Assembly: GCF_001194135.2 (NCBI RefSeq)
Contig: NC_068996.1
Location: 35,475,591 to 35,515,133, forward strand
DNA length: 39,543 bases
Direction of reading: 5' to 3'
Source: Octopus bimaculoides
Taxonomy: Eukaryota
Part shown: positions 23,700 to 35,534 of the stretch, in pieces
Layout of the letters: each line of letters begins with the position of its first letter
How positions within the stretch are numbered: the first letter of the stretch is position 1
Program-made: the position numbers and the translations under genes
Notes under the pieces: model-generated
What the model saw: the letters and a program-made list of their open reading frames with translations, nothing else
Told to the model about the DNA's origin: nothing
The model's database searches: none

Positions 23700-25200
23700 A
23701 AATAAATAAAATAAAATAGAATAAAATGTGCGGGACGGAACCGGTTATCCGTCGATCCACTGCTTTCCTTCGTCAAGGAGGAGAAGGCAACCTTCCTTTA
23801 GTTGGTGTTAATGGCGAAGAATATTTGTGACGGGTACTATGATGAAGATTAAAGGCAGTGATTCCTCTCCGATCAAGCCCCTGTCAAATTGCAGGGAAAA
23901 GTAATGCTAGTCAGATGGGTACGGTCCTCTTTAAAACTCTATTAAAGAAGGACGAGCGACGTGATTAGGAAGGTTTGATGGGCTTACTCTAACATAATAT
24001 GAGCCTTAAGTCCACAACAAGGACAGGGAGAAGGCCCTTGCCTTTGATGTGTCTTTGTAATCCGAATAATCTTATGAAGCTAGCCTCTCCCATATTAAGC
24101 TTGATTTTGTGGTATTTTGTTGTTCTCTACCATTATGGATATTTATTTATCATTATTTATTTTTGTGTTTCTTGTTTATTAATTTCATCCTATCTCACGA
24201 TTTAACATCCTTCACTGTATTTGTTTTGTATTTCCTTTTCGCAATATCTCACCTCCAACGCCGTAGGCCCTTAAAGCCAATAAAATAAGTCATTATTATT
24301 AATAATTTAATTATCTGATTTCAATTATATTCAAGATCTTTCTTATAATTCCGGTCACCTATTTACTACGAATGTCATGTATTTCCAGTATGTATTTCAT
24401 TTAATATAAATGAAACTAATACAGTGTGACCCATTTTTTAAGAAAAAATTAGTAAACTTTTATCTTCGACCAGGCAATGCACAGAATGTTATAGACGTTC
24501 ATTTATTGGTTTCTCTTCCCTTTTTACTGATTTTGGCAGCACTAAAGGGTAAAAAAAAAAACCCATAGACCTAAATCTGAAGTGAAACAAAAAAAGACTA
24601 ACAAGTAAAAATTATAAATATTACAGGAAACATTATATTTAAATAGGTTGCTTAATAATTTCGCGGGTTATTTACACTACAATTAGGTTTTGCTTTCGGG
24701 ATCGATAAAATAAGTATCAGTCATTTATTAATATATTTTTTACTACTTCTTTACAAATTTATGGTTGTTAGTAACACACACACACATGCACACACACGCT
24801 TAGACATCGTTATTAATAATTAAAGAGAGTTAAATCTTTTTTTTTTTAAGGTTAACGTATTTTCTATTTATTTTAAAAGATTTAGTTTAATTTTCTGACA
24901 GAAAACTAGAATCTCTATAACCGACGTCACTATATATATGAAAAGTGACTGTTTAAAAAAATGTCAAAAAAGAAATTCAAACAAAAAAGGTGGGCGGATA
25001 AAATAATTACTAGTAAGTTACAAAAAAATAATATCGCAAGAGAAAATTATCAGAGAAACTGTAACAAAAAAAAAACTGATTTAATATTTTATATTTCGTT
25101 TTATTTAAGATATTGAATAAAATGTTTTTATGATATATCAGCCATACAAACCAAGTATTGTTTGTTAACACTTGACTAATTTTTTATTGTTTATGATATT
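23700..25200. promoter_or_regulatory. CpG-retaining, promoter-like region (tentative)
   Basis: Visibly more CG dinucleotides than the flanks. Contains cgacgtca (CRE-like, ~24922), tatatata (~24931) and gggcgg (~24992). Inference only. Confidence 0.3.
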
Positions 25201-25259
25201 GATATAAAATTTAATATTTTCTTATGTGTGTGTGAGAGAGTGTATTGCATCTCTGACTT

Positions 25260-26016
25260 AGCCAGTTGTAAGTTCAATTGTGTGGAGATCTATCAATGCT
25301 TATTCAACCACTACAATGATGAAGGCAAAGCTTTTTTTTTTTTTTCTTTGAAGAAAATAATTACAGGAGATGAGACTTGGGTTCATAACTTTGAGCCAGA
25401 TCTAAAAGGAAGGGTATGGAGTTGAAACACCCAGAACTTATAGTGAAAAAGAAATACAAGACTTGACCTTCTGCAGAAAAAGTAATGCTAATCATTTATT
25501 GGGGATGAAAAAGAACCTATACTGGAACTTTACCAGGAAATAGGGTCTACAGTCAACAAACTGAAACTAGCAATTTGCACCAAACACAGAGGTCAGTTAT
25601 CAAAACAAGTCTTATTGTTGCACAATAATGTATGCCTACATATGGCTGTCCACAACATTGAAACCATGGGAAAATTCAAGTTGCTGTTGAAACACTGTGC
25701 ATACAACAATGTGTTGGTGTATCTCAGGCAACATAATTATGTTTGGGTTTAACTTCTAATTCCTCCTTTATCTTCCTTACCTCTCCTACTAACAGCATTA
25801 CTCTGTTGTCTTACTATACTATACTCTGCATACAGTCCAGATCTCTCCTCTTCTGACCATCACCTCTTTGGACTGCTCAAACATCTTTTACAAGTTTGTT
25901 GATTTGCTACAAACAAAGAAACGCAGTAAGCAGTGCATAAATTGATGTGCAACCAGCTGAAAACCTTTGTTTTTTATGGAATAAGCAAGCTTGTACACCA
26001 TTGGAAGAAGTGCTTG

Positions 26017-26020
<4 letters not shown>
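25260..26020 (+). pseudogene. mariner-family transposase fossil (DD34D type) with an internal insertion
   Basis: KIITGDETWVHNFEP (~25354), ...SAEKVML, LLHNN (degenerate HDN), YSPDLSSSDHHLFGLLK (~25831). Frameshifts present; no TIRs seen. Confidence 0.85.
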
Positions 26021-26057
<37 letters not shown>

Positions 26058-26177
26058 ATGAAGCAAATAATTCAAGAGAAAATATTTCCAAAGATATTAT
26101 CTAGTGTAACAATTAGAAATGATAATAACAGAATCAATAACATAGGCAATTGCAGGCCCAGAAAAATACTGAAGGAT

Positions 26178-26313
26178 TAAAATTAATCAAAGGACATACT
26201 GAATATGTCTACCTGCTGGAAATAACAGTCAAAACTCTTGTTTAAATTGCCAAGAATTTTGACTGTTATTTCCAGCAGGTAGACATACTTAGTATGTCTT
26301 TTGATTAATTTTA
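26178..26313. repeat. near-perfect inverted repeat, 63-bp arms, 10-nt loop
   Basis: Arms 26178-26240 and 26251-26313 differ at 4 positions; loop tttaaattgc. Confidence 0.95.
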
Positions 26314-26327
26314 TATATATGTATGTG

Positions 26328-26393
<66 letters not shown>

Positions 26394-26587
26394 ACACACA
26401 CACACACATATATATATATATACACATGCACACACACACATATATATATACACTCATATATGTATATATATATATGATAATTCTTGAGATAAAGATCAAA
26501 CAACAAGAAATCCAAAGAATTAAATATAGCTGTTAATAAGCAGATAGTTTTAACCGACAGAGTTGATGTACATGATTCTATGTACAA

Positions 26588-26860
26588 AAAGGGTAAAGGC
26601 CCCTTTTTGATCATGAATGACCATGGGATTGCACCTAGAAAGTTCCCCTCTGAGGCACAAGTTCAGGCAAGGTTTTTATGGAAGACCATCAGTCACTCAT
26701 GCATATTGGCCTCCCCTCTCCACACCACCAAGGGAAAGGCAAATGCCAATACAGCTTAGTGTTGACGTCACAACCCATTTCTACAGCCTGGTCTGGGAAT
26801 CAAACTCACTCCTTCATAAATGTGAGCCCTACATTCTAACAACAAAGCCATATGCCTTCA
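26588..26860 (-). mobile_element. tRNA-headed SINE, family 3
   Basis: Minus head gaaggcatatggctttgttgttag...gagtttgattccc (A/B-box-like) followed by a distinct body. Confidence 0.6.
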
Positions 26861-26962
26861 CTTCTATGTACACATATCTTGCATATATGTGTGCGTGTGC
26901 CTACATAGCTTTTCTTTGCTGCAACTTGTGTGAGTGCATGCATGTGTGTGTGTGTGAAAACT

Positions 26963-27200
26963 TGTGGCCTAGTGGTTAAAGTGATGCACTCCTGATCATC
27001 ACAAGATTGTGGTTTCAATTCCCGGACTGTGCAGTTTACTTTGTTCTTTAGTAAAACACTTCATCTTACGTTACCCTGTGATCACTCTGACATTTGACTT
27101 GTGGCATGCCATGCACCTGTCAATGCTGATTTGATGGAAGGAGTGAGCTTATGTGCAGCACAAACATTTGATCCTGTAAACAAATCATCTGTGTGGATTA
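26963..27200 (+). mobile_element. tRNA-headed SINE (related head, different body)
   Basis: gtggcctagtggttaaag (A box)...ggtttcaattccc (B box), continuing into non-tRNA sequence. Confidence 0.65.
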
Positions 27201-27267
27201 TTCAATAACAAGTTGTAGATAGTTCATACATTAATTATGATTGGAAAGTCCAACATGTGTGTGGGTG

Positions 27268-27323
<56 letters not shown>

Positions 27324-27715
27324 TATACTCATTTATTATTTGTTTTATATATATATATAATACATATATACTCACACATGCACAATCTACTGCTACACTG
27401 ATACCATAAACTCTTCAATACCCATACAGTTAAGATCAACCATTTTTGCCTAGATAACATCACATATCCATGGCCTTCACAGACCCTCCTAGACCAGTGT
27501 CATTCCATTTACATTCTTCTTGACCATTGTAAGTCAACTCTTGTAAGAAAGATATGAGCAGGCACAGAATTTCGGAGAGACGATATTCTAGGAAGAAAGA
27601 ACTGATTATAGTGATTAGTGTGGAGCCTAGTGAGGTGGAGGACACAACAAGGATGATAAGAGGAGCAAAGTGAGTGGGTCGGTAATATCTGAGTGGAGTT
27701 AGCATTTGACTAGTC

Positions 27716-27943
27716 CATGGGTTGGCAAACCAGAGTAAATTACCCCAAGTGGAGAAAAAATGAAATTCTTGGTGGGTAATGAAGACTCATTAAACGTAAG
27801 TAAAATTATAAAAAACACGTTTTTTCAATAAACATTTTGAATTCAAAGGATCTATGATTTTCTTCCTTTCAAATTAAGCGGGTAATTTCGTTGTAAATAA
27901 CTATCTTTGAGAATAATTGGTTAAAAAAGGTCCTTGACCCCTG
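27716..27943. mobile_element. hAT (Charlie-like) MITE, 228 bp
   Basis: Perfect 8-bp TSD gactagtc (27708-27715 and 27944-27951). Ends catgggttggcaaac / ggtccttgacccctg. Confidence 0.85.
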
Positions 27944-29031
27944 GACTAGTCAGTTCTGAGAAACAGAGACCATTACAACAGTGGTAGAAAAGATAAGGAA
28001 AGGAGATACAGCTCATTTGTATTGTAGAGGTTGGAAGATATCCATGAATAATTTTATGCCAATCAATCGGTATTGACAGAATAAGCCAAGCCAATTCATA
28101 CTACAATTGTGTGATCTGGTAAGAAGCTGACAGTCCAAGAGATGAGGAAGGGAACTTTCTAGGTGCAATTCTATGCTCATTTATGATTAAAGAGGGGTCA
28201 TTTATATATATATATATATATATAGGAGGGTAAGAAAATTATAGGCACCCTTGTTTCTATTTTAATAGGAGATTCATGTACTTGGCTGAAAGCTTTACTG
28301 CTGTCAACCAAGGTTTTTCCAAAAAGAGTAGCTCAACAGTGGATCTAGTGTCATAGAAACCATACTAGTGGTGAAGAATAGAAAGCCAGCAGCTATGTTA
28401 TGTGGGGTGTTTCTACCACAGGAGGCTGAAAGACAGAGAAGATAGGGGCAGCAAAGACTGTAATAACAACAACAACAAACCACAGGGATGGTTCTGGAAA
28501 TGAGAAACAAAAAGTACCTCATCCAAGGTTCCAAGACCTTATGAACAACTAGATGACCAGGAAGCCAACAAAGAAGTTGAAAAACCAACTTTGCACTAAT
28601 CCCTAGTATTATTTCCTCTATCATCCTGTAACAGTGGGAATTAAATGGAGAATGGAGAATGACAACAAATTGTTGAAGGCAGCCAGAAAAAGAGAGGAAA
28701 AAACTACAGAATGTGAGCAAGTGTACAAGACAAGAAAAGAGGCCTGACTTCATAGAAGTATTTGAATTTACTGTAACTTAAAAAAAAAGAGGAATGATTA
28801 CTTGCATAATCTAATGAAGCATAATGATCTAATTACCTTGTGGTGATTGACTGTAATACAGAGGACCAATAACAGTTCATTCTTAGCAACAGGCTTTTCA
28901 CCAAGACTATTCTAGTGATCTACAAACTTTTGACAGATTTTTTTTCCCCAAGAGAAGTAGGACCCTTCATGACTTGGTTGGCAGTCAGGTTTCCATATGA
29001 AGAATAGCTAGGGCTCTAGGAGGCTCTAATT

Positions 29032-29307
29032 TGGTGGTTCCCAAAGTGGGTGGTACTCCACACCCTCTGGTGAACAGGGGGTGCTGAAGAAAAGTCGGGC
29101 GATAATGGGGTAGCCAAAAGAGGATGATGAATGTATGAACAACCAAATAATGGATTAATTAAGTTAAGTTTTATTTGAGAAATACAGTTGTTTTGAATTT
29201 GTCTTAGAAAGTGTTCTATGTTTGTGATGTGAGAGGGGGATAGGGTCCTAGGAATGTAGCCTGGGTGTAAAGGGAATGGCAGCCCCTAAAAAGTTTGTGA
29301 ACCGCTA
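29032..29307. mobile_element. hAT MITE, 276 bp
   Basis: Ends tggtggttcccaaagt / aagtttgtgaaccgcta; TSD ctctaatt / gtctaatt (7 of 8 match). Confidence 0.75.
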
Positions 29308-29454
29308 GTCTAATTCAACCTGCATGTTGGTTTTTCACCCAAGTATGTCTGAAATGGTGACTTTACTTGCTTGCATTTGTATTTATTTACTTATGTATGT
29401 ATGTATGTGTGTGTGTGTGTATGCATGCATGTATGTATGTATGTTATATATGTG

Positions 29455-29740
29455 TGTACAATAGATAAAACAATTAAGGATATGAAGAGTGGGAAAGCCC
29501 CTAGTCCATCAAGAATTACAGTTGAAATGCTTAAGATGTCTGGTGGAGTGGAATACAGCCTAGTCACCTACATAGTTAATCAGGTTGTGCAAGAAGACAC
29601 CATACTCAATGACTGTTGTAGCAGCATCATAGTCAACTGTTACAAGAGTACAGTAGATGCTTTAGAAGAGGCAATTACAGCAATATTGAATTACTGGACT
29701 AGGTCAGGAAATTACCTTCTGACCAGATGGCTGTGTTAGC
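29455..29740 (+). mobile_element. RTE RT N-terminal fragment
   Basis: IDKTIKDMKSGKAPSPSRITVEMLKMSGGVEYSLVTYIVNQVVQEDTILNDCCSSIIVNCYK. Confidence 0.85.
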
Positions 29741-30019
29741 CTGAATGGTACACTAGTATTTATCAATTAATCAGCTTTAGTGAGTGAGTCATCACAACTA
29801 CTTACAAAACTGTGACTATTTGCAAATTAGTCACAACTTTCTAAGTAGGTTTGACCTACAAAGTTGTCACAACTTTACAACTTTGTTGTCACAAAAAATT
29901 GTCACCTACAACAGAACCAAAATTATTTGATGTCTTTTTTCAATGATGTATCTCCAATACCAATCCAGCTATGAATAATAGCTTACAATGCACAGAGTTA
30001 TGATCCTCTGGGAAGAAAA

Positions 30020-30190
30020 ATAGGCAGGAAGTTACCTAAATGTAAACACAATTAATTGAATAGAATAAGTCATAGAACAGATCCCTGGTGGACACATACA
30101 TAATGAATTGGTTTGCCAATGGTGATTTTTTTTGTATATGATTATCATAATTTTTTAAGTTTGCTTGCCACACTAGCATGGATTGAGCTG
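30020..30190 (-). mobile_element. decayed RT fragment
   Basis: Minus frame CVHQGSVL*LILF, i.e. the GVHQGSVLSPLLF motif. Confidence 0.45.
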
Positions 30191-30419
30191 GTCATCACAA
30201 TTTGAGTCAGTTCTTTTTCAGAGTTACTACCTTTCTAGATAGATCAGCAGACCATGTCTTGCTTGTACATTCTATTTCTGGTGAAATTTCTACAGCTGGA
30301 TGCCCTTCCTGTCACCAGTCACTTTACAGAGTGAACTGGATACATTTTATCATAGCACCAGCACTAGTGAGGTTGTCTCATCCCTCAGCAAGATCAAAGT
30401 ACCTTTACAGATGTTCAAT

Positions 30420-30915
30420 GATCATCATCATCATCATCACCGTTTAACGTCCGCTTTCCATGCTAGCATGGGTTGGACGATTTGACTGAGGACTGGTGAA
30501 ACCGGATGGCAACACCAGGCTCCAGTCTGATTTGGCAGAGTTTCTACAGCTGGATGCCCTTCCTAACGCCAACCACTCAGAGAGTGTAGTGGGTGCTTTT
30601 ACGTGTCACCCACACGAAAACGGCCACGCTCGAAATGGTGCATCTCATGTGCCACCCGCACAAGAACCAGTCCAGGGGCACTGGCAACGATCTTACTTGG
30701 CTTGCCGGGTCTTCTCACGCACAGCACATTTCCAAAGGTCTCGGTCAGTAGTCATCGCCTCGGTGAGGCCCAATGTACGAAGGTCTTGCCTCACCACCTC
30801 AGCCCAGGTCTTCCTGGGCCTACCTCTTCCACGGGTTCCCTCAACTGTTAGGGTGTGGCACTTTTTCACGCAGCTATCCTCCTCCATTCTCACCACATGT
30901 CCATACCAGCGCATA
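30420..30915 (-). mobile_element. well-preserved 5'-truncated RTE 3' end with (GAT)n tail
   Basis: Open MRWYGHVVRMEEDSCVKKCHTLTVEGTRGRGRPRKTWAEVVRQDLRTLGLTEAMTTDRDLWKCAVREKTRQAK*, with CpGs retained. Confidence 0.93.
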
Positions 30916-31224
30916 ACAGGACCGTGATCATTACTGTGTGCTGAGCTATCATTGTGCTCCTACTACTGATAATGACGATGACAGTTGACAACAAAGTCAA
31001 CAAGGATAATGATAACAACGAAAATGATAATGACGCCATTGATGACATTCATACAAGTATGAAGATGTTGTTTAACCTTACTACTGCCTTACACAAATGT
31101 TTTCCATCTTAGTAGTCATGATAATGCATACTAACATGTATTAAATAGTACTTCAATTCAATGGTTTAAATGTTAAATACAATAAATGTCATAATGACCT
31201 ACAAATAAGTCAATAGATAAATAT

Positions 31225-31445
31225 CTGTTTCAAATCTTGGCACAAAACCAGCAATTTTGAGAGAGGGCATAATTGATTACATCACCTCCAGTACTCAACT
31301 GGTACTTTATCCTATCAACCCTGGAAAGATTAAAGGCAGAGTTGACTTCTGTGAATTTGAACTCAGAATGTAAAGACAGACAAAATTATGCCAAGCATTT
31401 TGCCCGGTGGGCTAACTGTTTTGTCAGTTTGTCACCTTCAACAAA
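31225..31445 (-). mobile_element. SINE family 2
   Basis: tttcaaatcttggcacaaaaccagcaatttt...gaatttgaactcagaatgtaaagacag. Confidence 0.85.
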
Positions 31446-32299
31446 TAAATGTTAGGATTTATACTTTCATATTTGGCTGTTTGTATATATATGCGTGTGC
31501 GTGCACGCACACAAACACACACCCCCACATGTATATATATGTATCTGTGTATGAATATATGCATATATATATTTAAGTATGTATACATCTTTCTATTTAT
31601 ATATATCTATCTATATATATATTTATATACATCTTTCTATTTACACACACACACACACATATACATACATAAATGTATACATAAACATACATATGTATGT
31701 ATATGGATATATGTATGTACATACATATTTATACATTTATTATGTATCTGTATATATATGTTTCTCTTCCTGCTTGGATTTTTAGATTCTAGTTTCTTTA
31801 CAACCTAGCCACCTTGCAGGTGGCAAGAATGGAAAGAAGAAAAAGATTTTGTTTTCTTTGTTATTTTGTTATTTCACCCTTCACCCTTCAACTTTTAAGA
31901 AAGTCCTACAAATTTTTTATATCTCTTTGTTGTCATTTTTCTTTCAATTGTTCTCTTCTGGTTCAGATGTTTATGAACAACAAACAGATTTTAATTCCTG
32001 TTCAAGGAGATTAATTTATACTCAAGTGTTCTGTTTTTACTGTTGCCAAACACTGTTTTTATATATATATATTTTTTTTTTAGTTTGCTGATGGTGGTAG
32101 CATGGAGGTGGTGANNNNNNNNNNTTGTTTGTTTGACACAAGCAAGCTCACATAACTGACAACCTTTCATAGATCCATAATTGTTTCTTTTTTTTTAAAT
32201 TTTTCATAACCATGTCAGCAGTTTTTGCTTTGTTTTGTTTATTTGTCTGTTTTTCGTTGCCTTTATTTACTTCTTCAGTATCTCCAAGATACTGCTTGG

Positions 32300-32545
32300 C
32301 AGTTGTTAAGACTCACAGTTGTTAAGAGTCACAGGAAAACAAAAAAAAAAAAAGTTACAATAATGAAGTCACAATTTTGGCTAGGAAAAAAAGTCACAAT
32401 TAATTTATGTGATCCAGACAAAACCCCACTAGGACAACCCCTCCCCCAGACAAAACCCCCTCTGGGACAGCCCCTCCCCTAGACAAAACCCTGTGATTTT
32501 ATTACTGTGACTTTTTGTGCTATGACTTTTTTACCTGGATTCATT
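32300..32545. repeat. foldback-like repeat: (A)nGTCACA motifs left, TGTGAC(T)n right, central 32-33-bp C-rich tandem repeat
   Basis: Units gacaaaaccccactaggacaacccctccccca start at 32417, 32449 and 32482 (partial). Confidence 0.6.
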
Positions 32546-32597
32546 ATGAGAGTATATAAATAATTGTAAATTTTCCAAAAGAAAAGAATCTAACACT

Positions 32598-33030
32598 GTT
32601 GTAAATATTGCTTTCAAATGTAGGCACTAGGCTAGCAATTTGGAGATAGATGTAGATTGATTACATTGATCCCCAGTGATCAACTGGCATTTATTTTATT
32701 GACCCTGAAAGGATGAAAGGCAAAGTTGACATCGGCAGTATTTGAACTCAGAATGTAAAGACATGAAATGCCACAAAGCATTTTGCTTGGCATGCTAACA
32801 ATTCTGCCAGTTCACCACCTTCCACTATTGTAAATACAGATTTCAAGTTTTGGCACAAGGCCAGCAATTTCAGGAGTGAGGTATACTGGTTACATCAACC
32901 CCCAGTGTTCAACTGGTACATATTTTATTTACCCCAAAAGAATGAAAGGCAAAGTTAACCTCAGTTGAATTTGAACTCAAAATTTTAAAATGGACAAAAT
33001 GCCACTAAGAATTTTACCCAACACGTTAAC
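32598..33030 (-). mobile_element. two tandem SINE family 2 copies
   Basis: aaaggatgaaaggcaaagttgac...tttgaactca occurs twice (~32710 and ~32940). Confidence 0.85.
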
Positions 33031-33059
33031 AAAAGAATAGAAATTGAAAAAAATAAACA

Positions 33060-33195
33060 AACATGGCTTGTATGGTTGCTTCCCAACCACATGGTTCTAG
33101 GTTCAGTCCTACAGCATAGTTCCTTGGATAAGAGTTTCCTCCTGTAGTAATGGGCTCACCGTATCCTTGTTAGTGGATTTGGTTAGGAAAATTTG
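33060..33195 (+). mobile_element. SINE family 1 head fragment
   Basis: ttcccaaccacatggttctaggttcagtcc...tagtggatttggt. Confidence 0.7.
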
Positions 33196-34099
33196 AAATC
33201 ATTCAATACATCAACCATTCAACCCTACCTAATCTATACAGTTGTCACCTACTCTTCCCAATCTTTCCTCAACATATATTTATCATCCCTGCGCAACTGT
33301 TCTTCATTAATCATATTCTCCTCCTTACCTATTTCCCATTTATGATCATCTCTCACTCTTCCCATACACTCTTGCAACCTCGATCTATACACGCTCCTAT
33401 TCTTGTTTCCACTTCTATTCATCTTGTATCTTGGAGGTTCACCTTGACATCTCATCACCATCATTTTTACTTCTTTCCACCCCAATAACTCCCATCCTCT
33501 CTTCTATTGTGTGAATAGCTATATTGCTCCTCTACAACAAGAAACCTGTTCTGTACTGTCCCCTTATTTCATACTTTAACCTCACATCACCCAGCATAAA
33601 GCTGCCACCATCTCTACTGTAGCTCCTACCAAAGAGAATCTTGGTTTTATGGGTTACTTGGTAACCTCATTAGTACTGGTGTCACACAAAAAAGGCATCC
33701 AGTACACTTGGCATTAAGTAGAGCACCCAGTTATAAAAACAACGCCAAAACAGACATTTGAGCATAATGCAGTCCTCAAACCCATTGGATCTTGTCAAAC
33801 TCTCTTCCCCATACCAGATTAAAACATATAAATTATATGATGAAGATGGTTTATTTTTTTTATACATACTGATATATATTTGTCTATCTTTCTACCTACA
33901 CACACATTAATAGTTGCCATGCAATGTAATGTAACAGTTCTAAATATTATGCAATTTTCATAATACATACAATATTAAATGCTACAGAATTTTAATATGA
34001 TATTGAATTGTGATACTACTTTGAAGAATTTGAACTATACAACATACTATGTTCTTCAAAAATTTTAATTGATTATATTACAGAAATTGCATTGCATTC

Positions 34100-34380
34100 A
34101 TTCATCATCATTGTTTAACGTTCGCTTTCCATGCTGGCATAGGTTGGACGATTTGACTGAGGACTGGCGAACCAGATGGCTGCACCAGGCTCCAATCTGA
34201 TCTCGCAGAGTTTCTACAGCTGGATGCCCTTCCTAATGCCAACCACTCCAAGAGTGTAGTGGGTGCTTTTACATGCCACTGGCATGAGGGCCAGTCAGGT
34301 GGTACTGGCAACGGTCATGCTCAAATGGTGTTTTTACGTGCCACCTGCACTGGAGCCAGTCCAGCGGCACTGGCAACATC
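34100..34380 (-). mobile_element. RTE 3' UTR/tail
   Basis: Matches 30420-30680 and 1-180. Confidence 0.88.
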
Positions 34381-34484
34381 TATTGTTTATACAGTTAAAA
34401 TTTGATGGGTTTTATATAAATTTTAAAACATAGGTTGTGACAACTGAGGACATGCGTAGGCTTGAAAGAAATGAAGCCAGTATG

Positions 34485-35270
34485 TTTTGCTAGATGTGCA
34501 ATGTCAGTGTGCATGTTCATCAGAGTGTAAGCATCTTGAGAGAAAAGTAGAGAATAAGAGGCATCAGATGTGGTGTGCAAAAGAGAAGACTGTGCTGATA
34601 TGGTCATGTGATGCATATGGACAAGAACAGCTGTGTAAAGAAACGCCGATCTCTAACTGTGGAGGGAATCTGTGGACTCAAAAAGACATGGGACAATATG
34701 GTGAAGCATGATCTTTGAATTTTAGGCCTCACAGAGGCAATGACTAGTGACTGAGATCTTTGGCGATGTGCTGTGCTTGAGAGGACCCATCAAACCAAGT
34801 GAAATCATGGTCATGGCTGATGCTGATGTCACATTACTGGCACCCATGCTCGTTACACGTAAAAGGCACCTTTTGAGTGTTGGGCCTCACAGAGACAAAG
34901 TCGATGAGCTTCTTTCAAGTGTCTGGCTTTGCAGAGGCAATGACTGAGACCTTTAGTATTATGTCGCACATACACACACATACGCATACACACATACATG
35001 GACAGCCGAACAAAACTGCAGTCATGACAGATACCGGTGTCATGCAAATAGCACAAATGTCAGGGGCACGCAAATAGCACAAATGTCAGGTGCACACAAA
35101 AGCACCCATTACACTCTCGGAGTGGTTGACGTTAGGAACGGCATCCAGCCATAGAAACTATGCTAAATCAGACTGGAGTCTGGTGCAGCCTTCCAGCTTG
35201 CCAGCCCTGATCAAACCATTCAACTGATGCCAGCATGGACAACAAACATTAAATGATGATGATGATTATA
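34485..35270 (+). mobile_element. decayed, rearranged RTE 3' end with local duplications
   Basis: ORF-end remnants (gatatggtcatgtgatgcatatgga), a 26-bp tandem duplication at 35044-35095, and tail ttaaatgatgatgat. Confidence 0.75.
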
Positions 35271-35534
35271 AAGATGATATAGCATTTTTTTTTATCATAT
35301 AGATCAACTAATAAAGCTGAGCTGTCAAAGATGATAGTATTTTAAAAGAAATAAGCAGAAACTGATATTCAATAAATACATCAACAATGTAGCATATGTT
35401 CCATATATTTGAAGTAGGTTTGTTTTGTAAGATGATTTAATTTTTTATTGAAAATATTTTAAAACATTGGATTAAAAGAAAATTAAATATGAGGAAAAGT
35501 TTTGTATAAATTGTTTTAATATTTGAAAGCACTT

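Noticed and set aside
26963-27045. Possible tRNA gene (also SINE heads at 2170, 9158 and 38835)
   Set aside because: A/B boxes are present but there is no complete cloverleaf or terminator; the sequence continues into SINE bodies.
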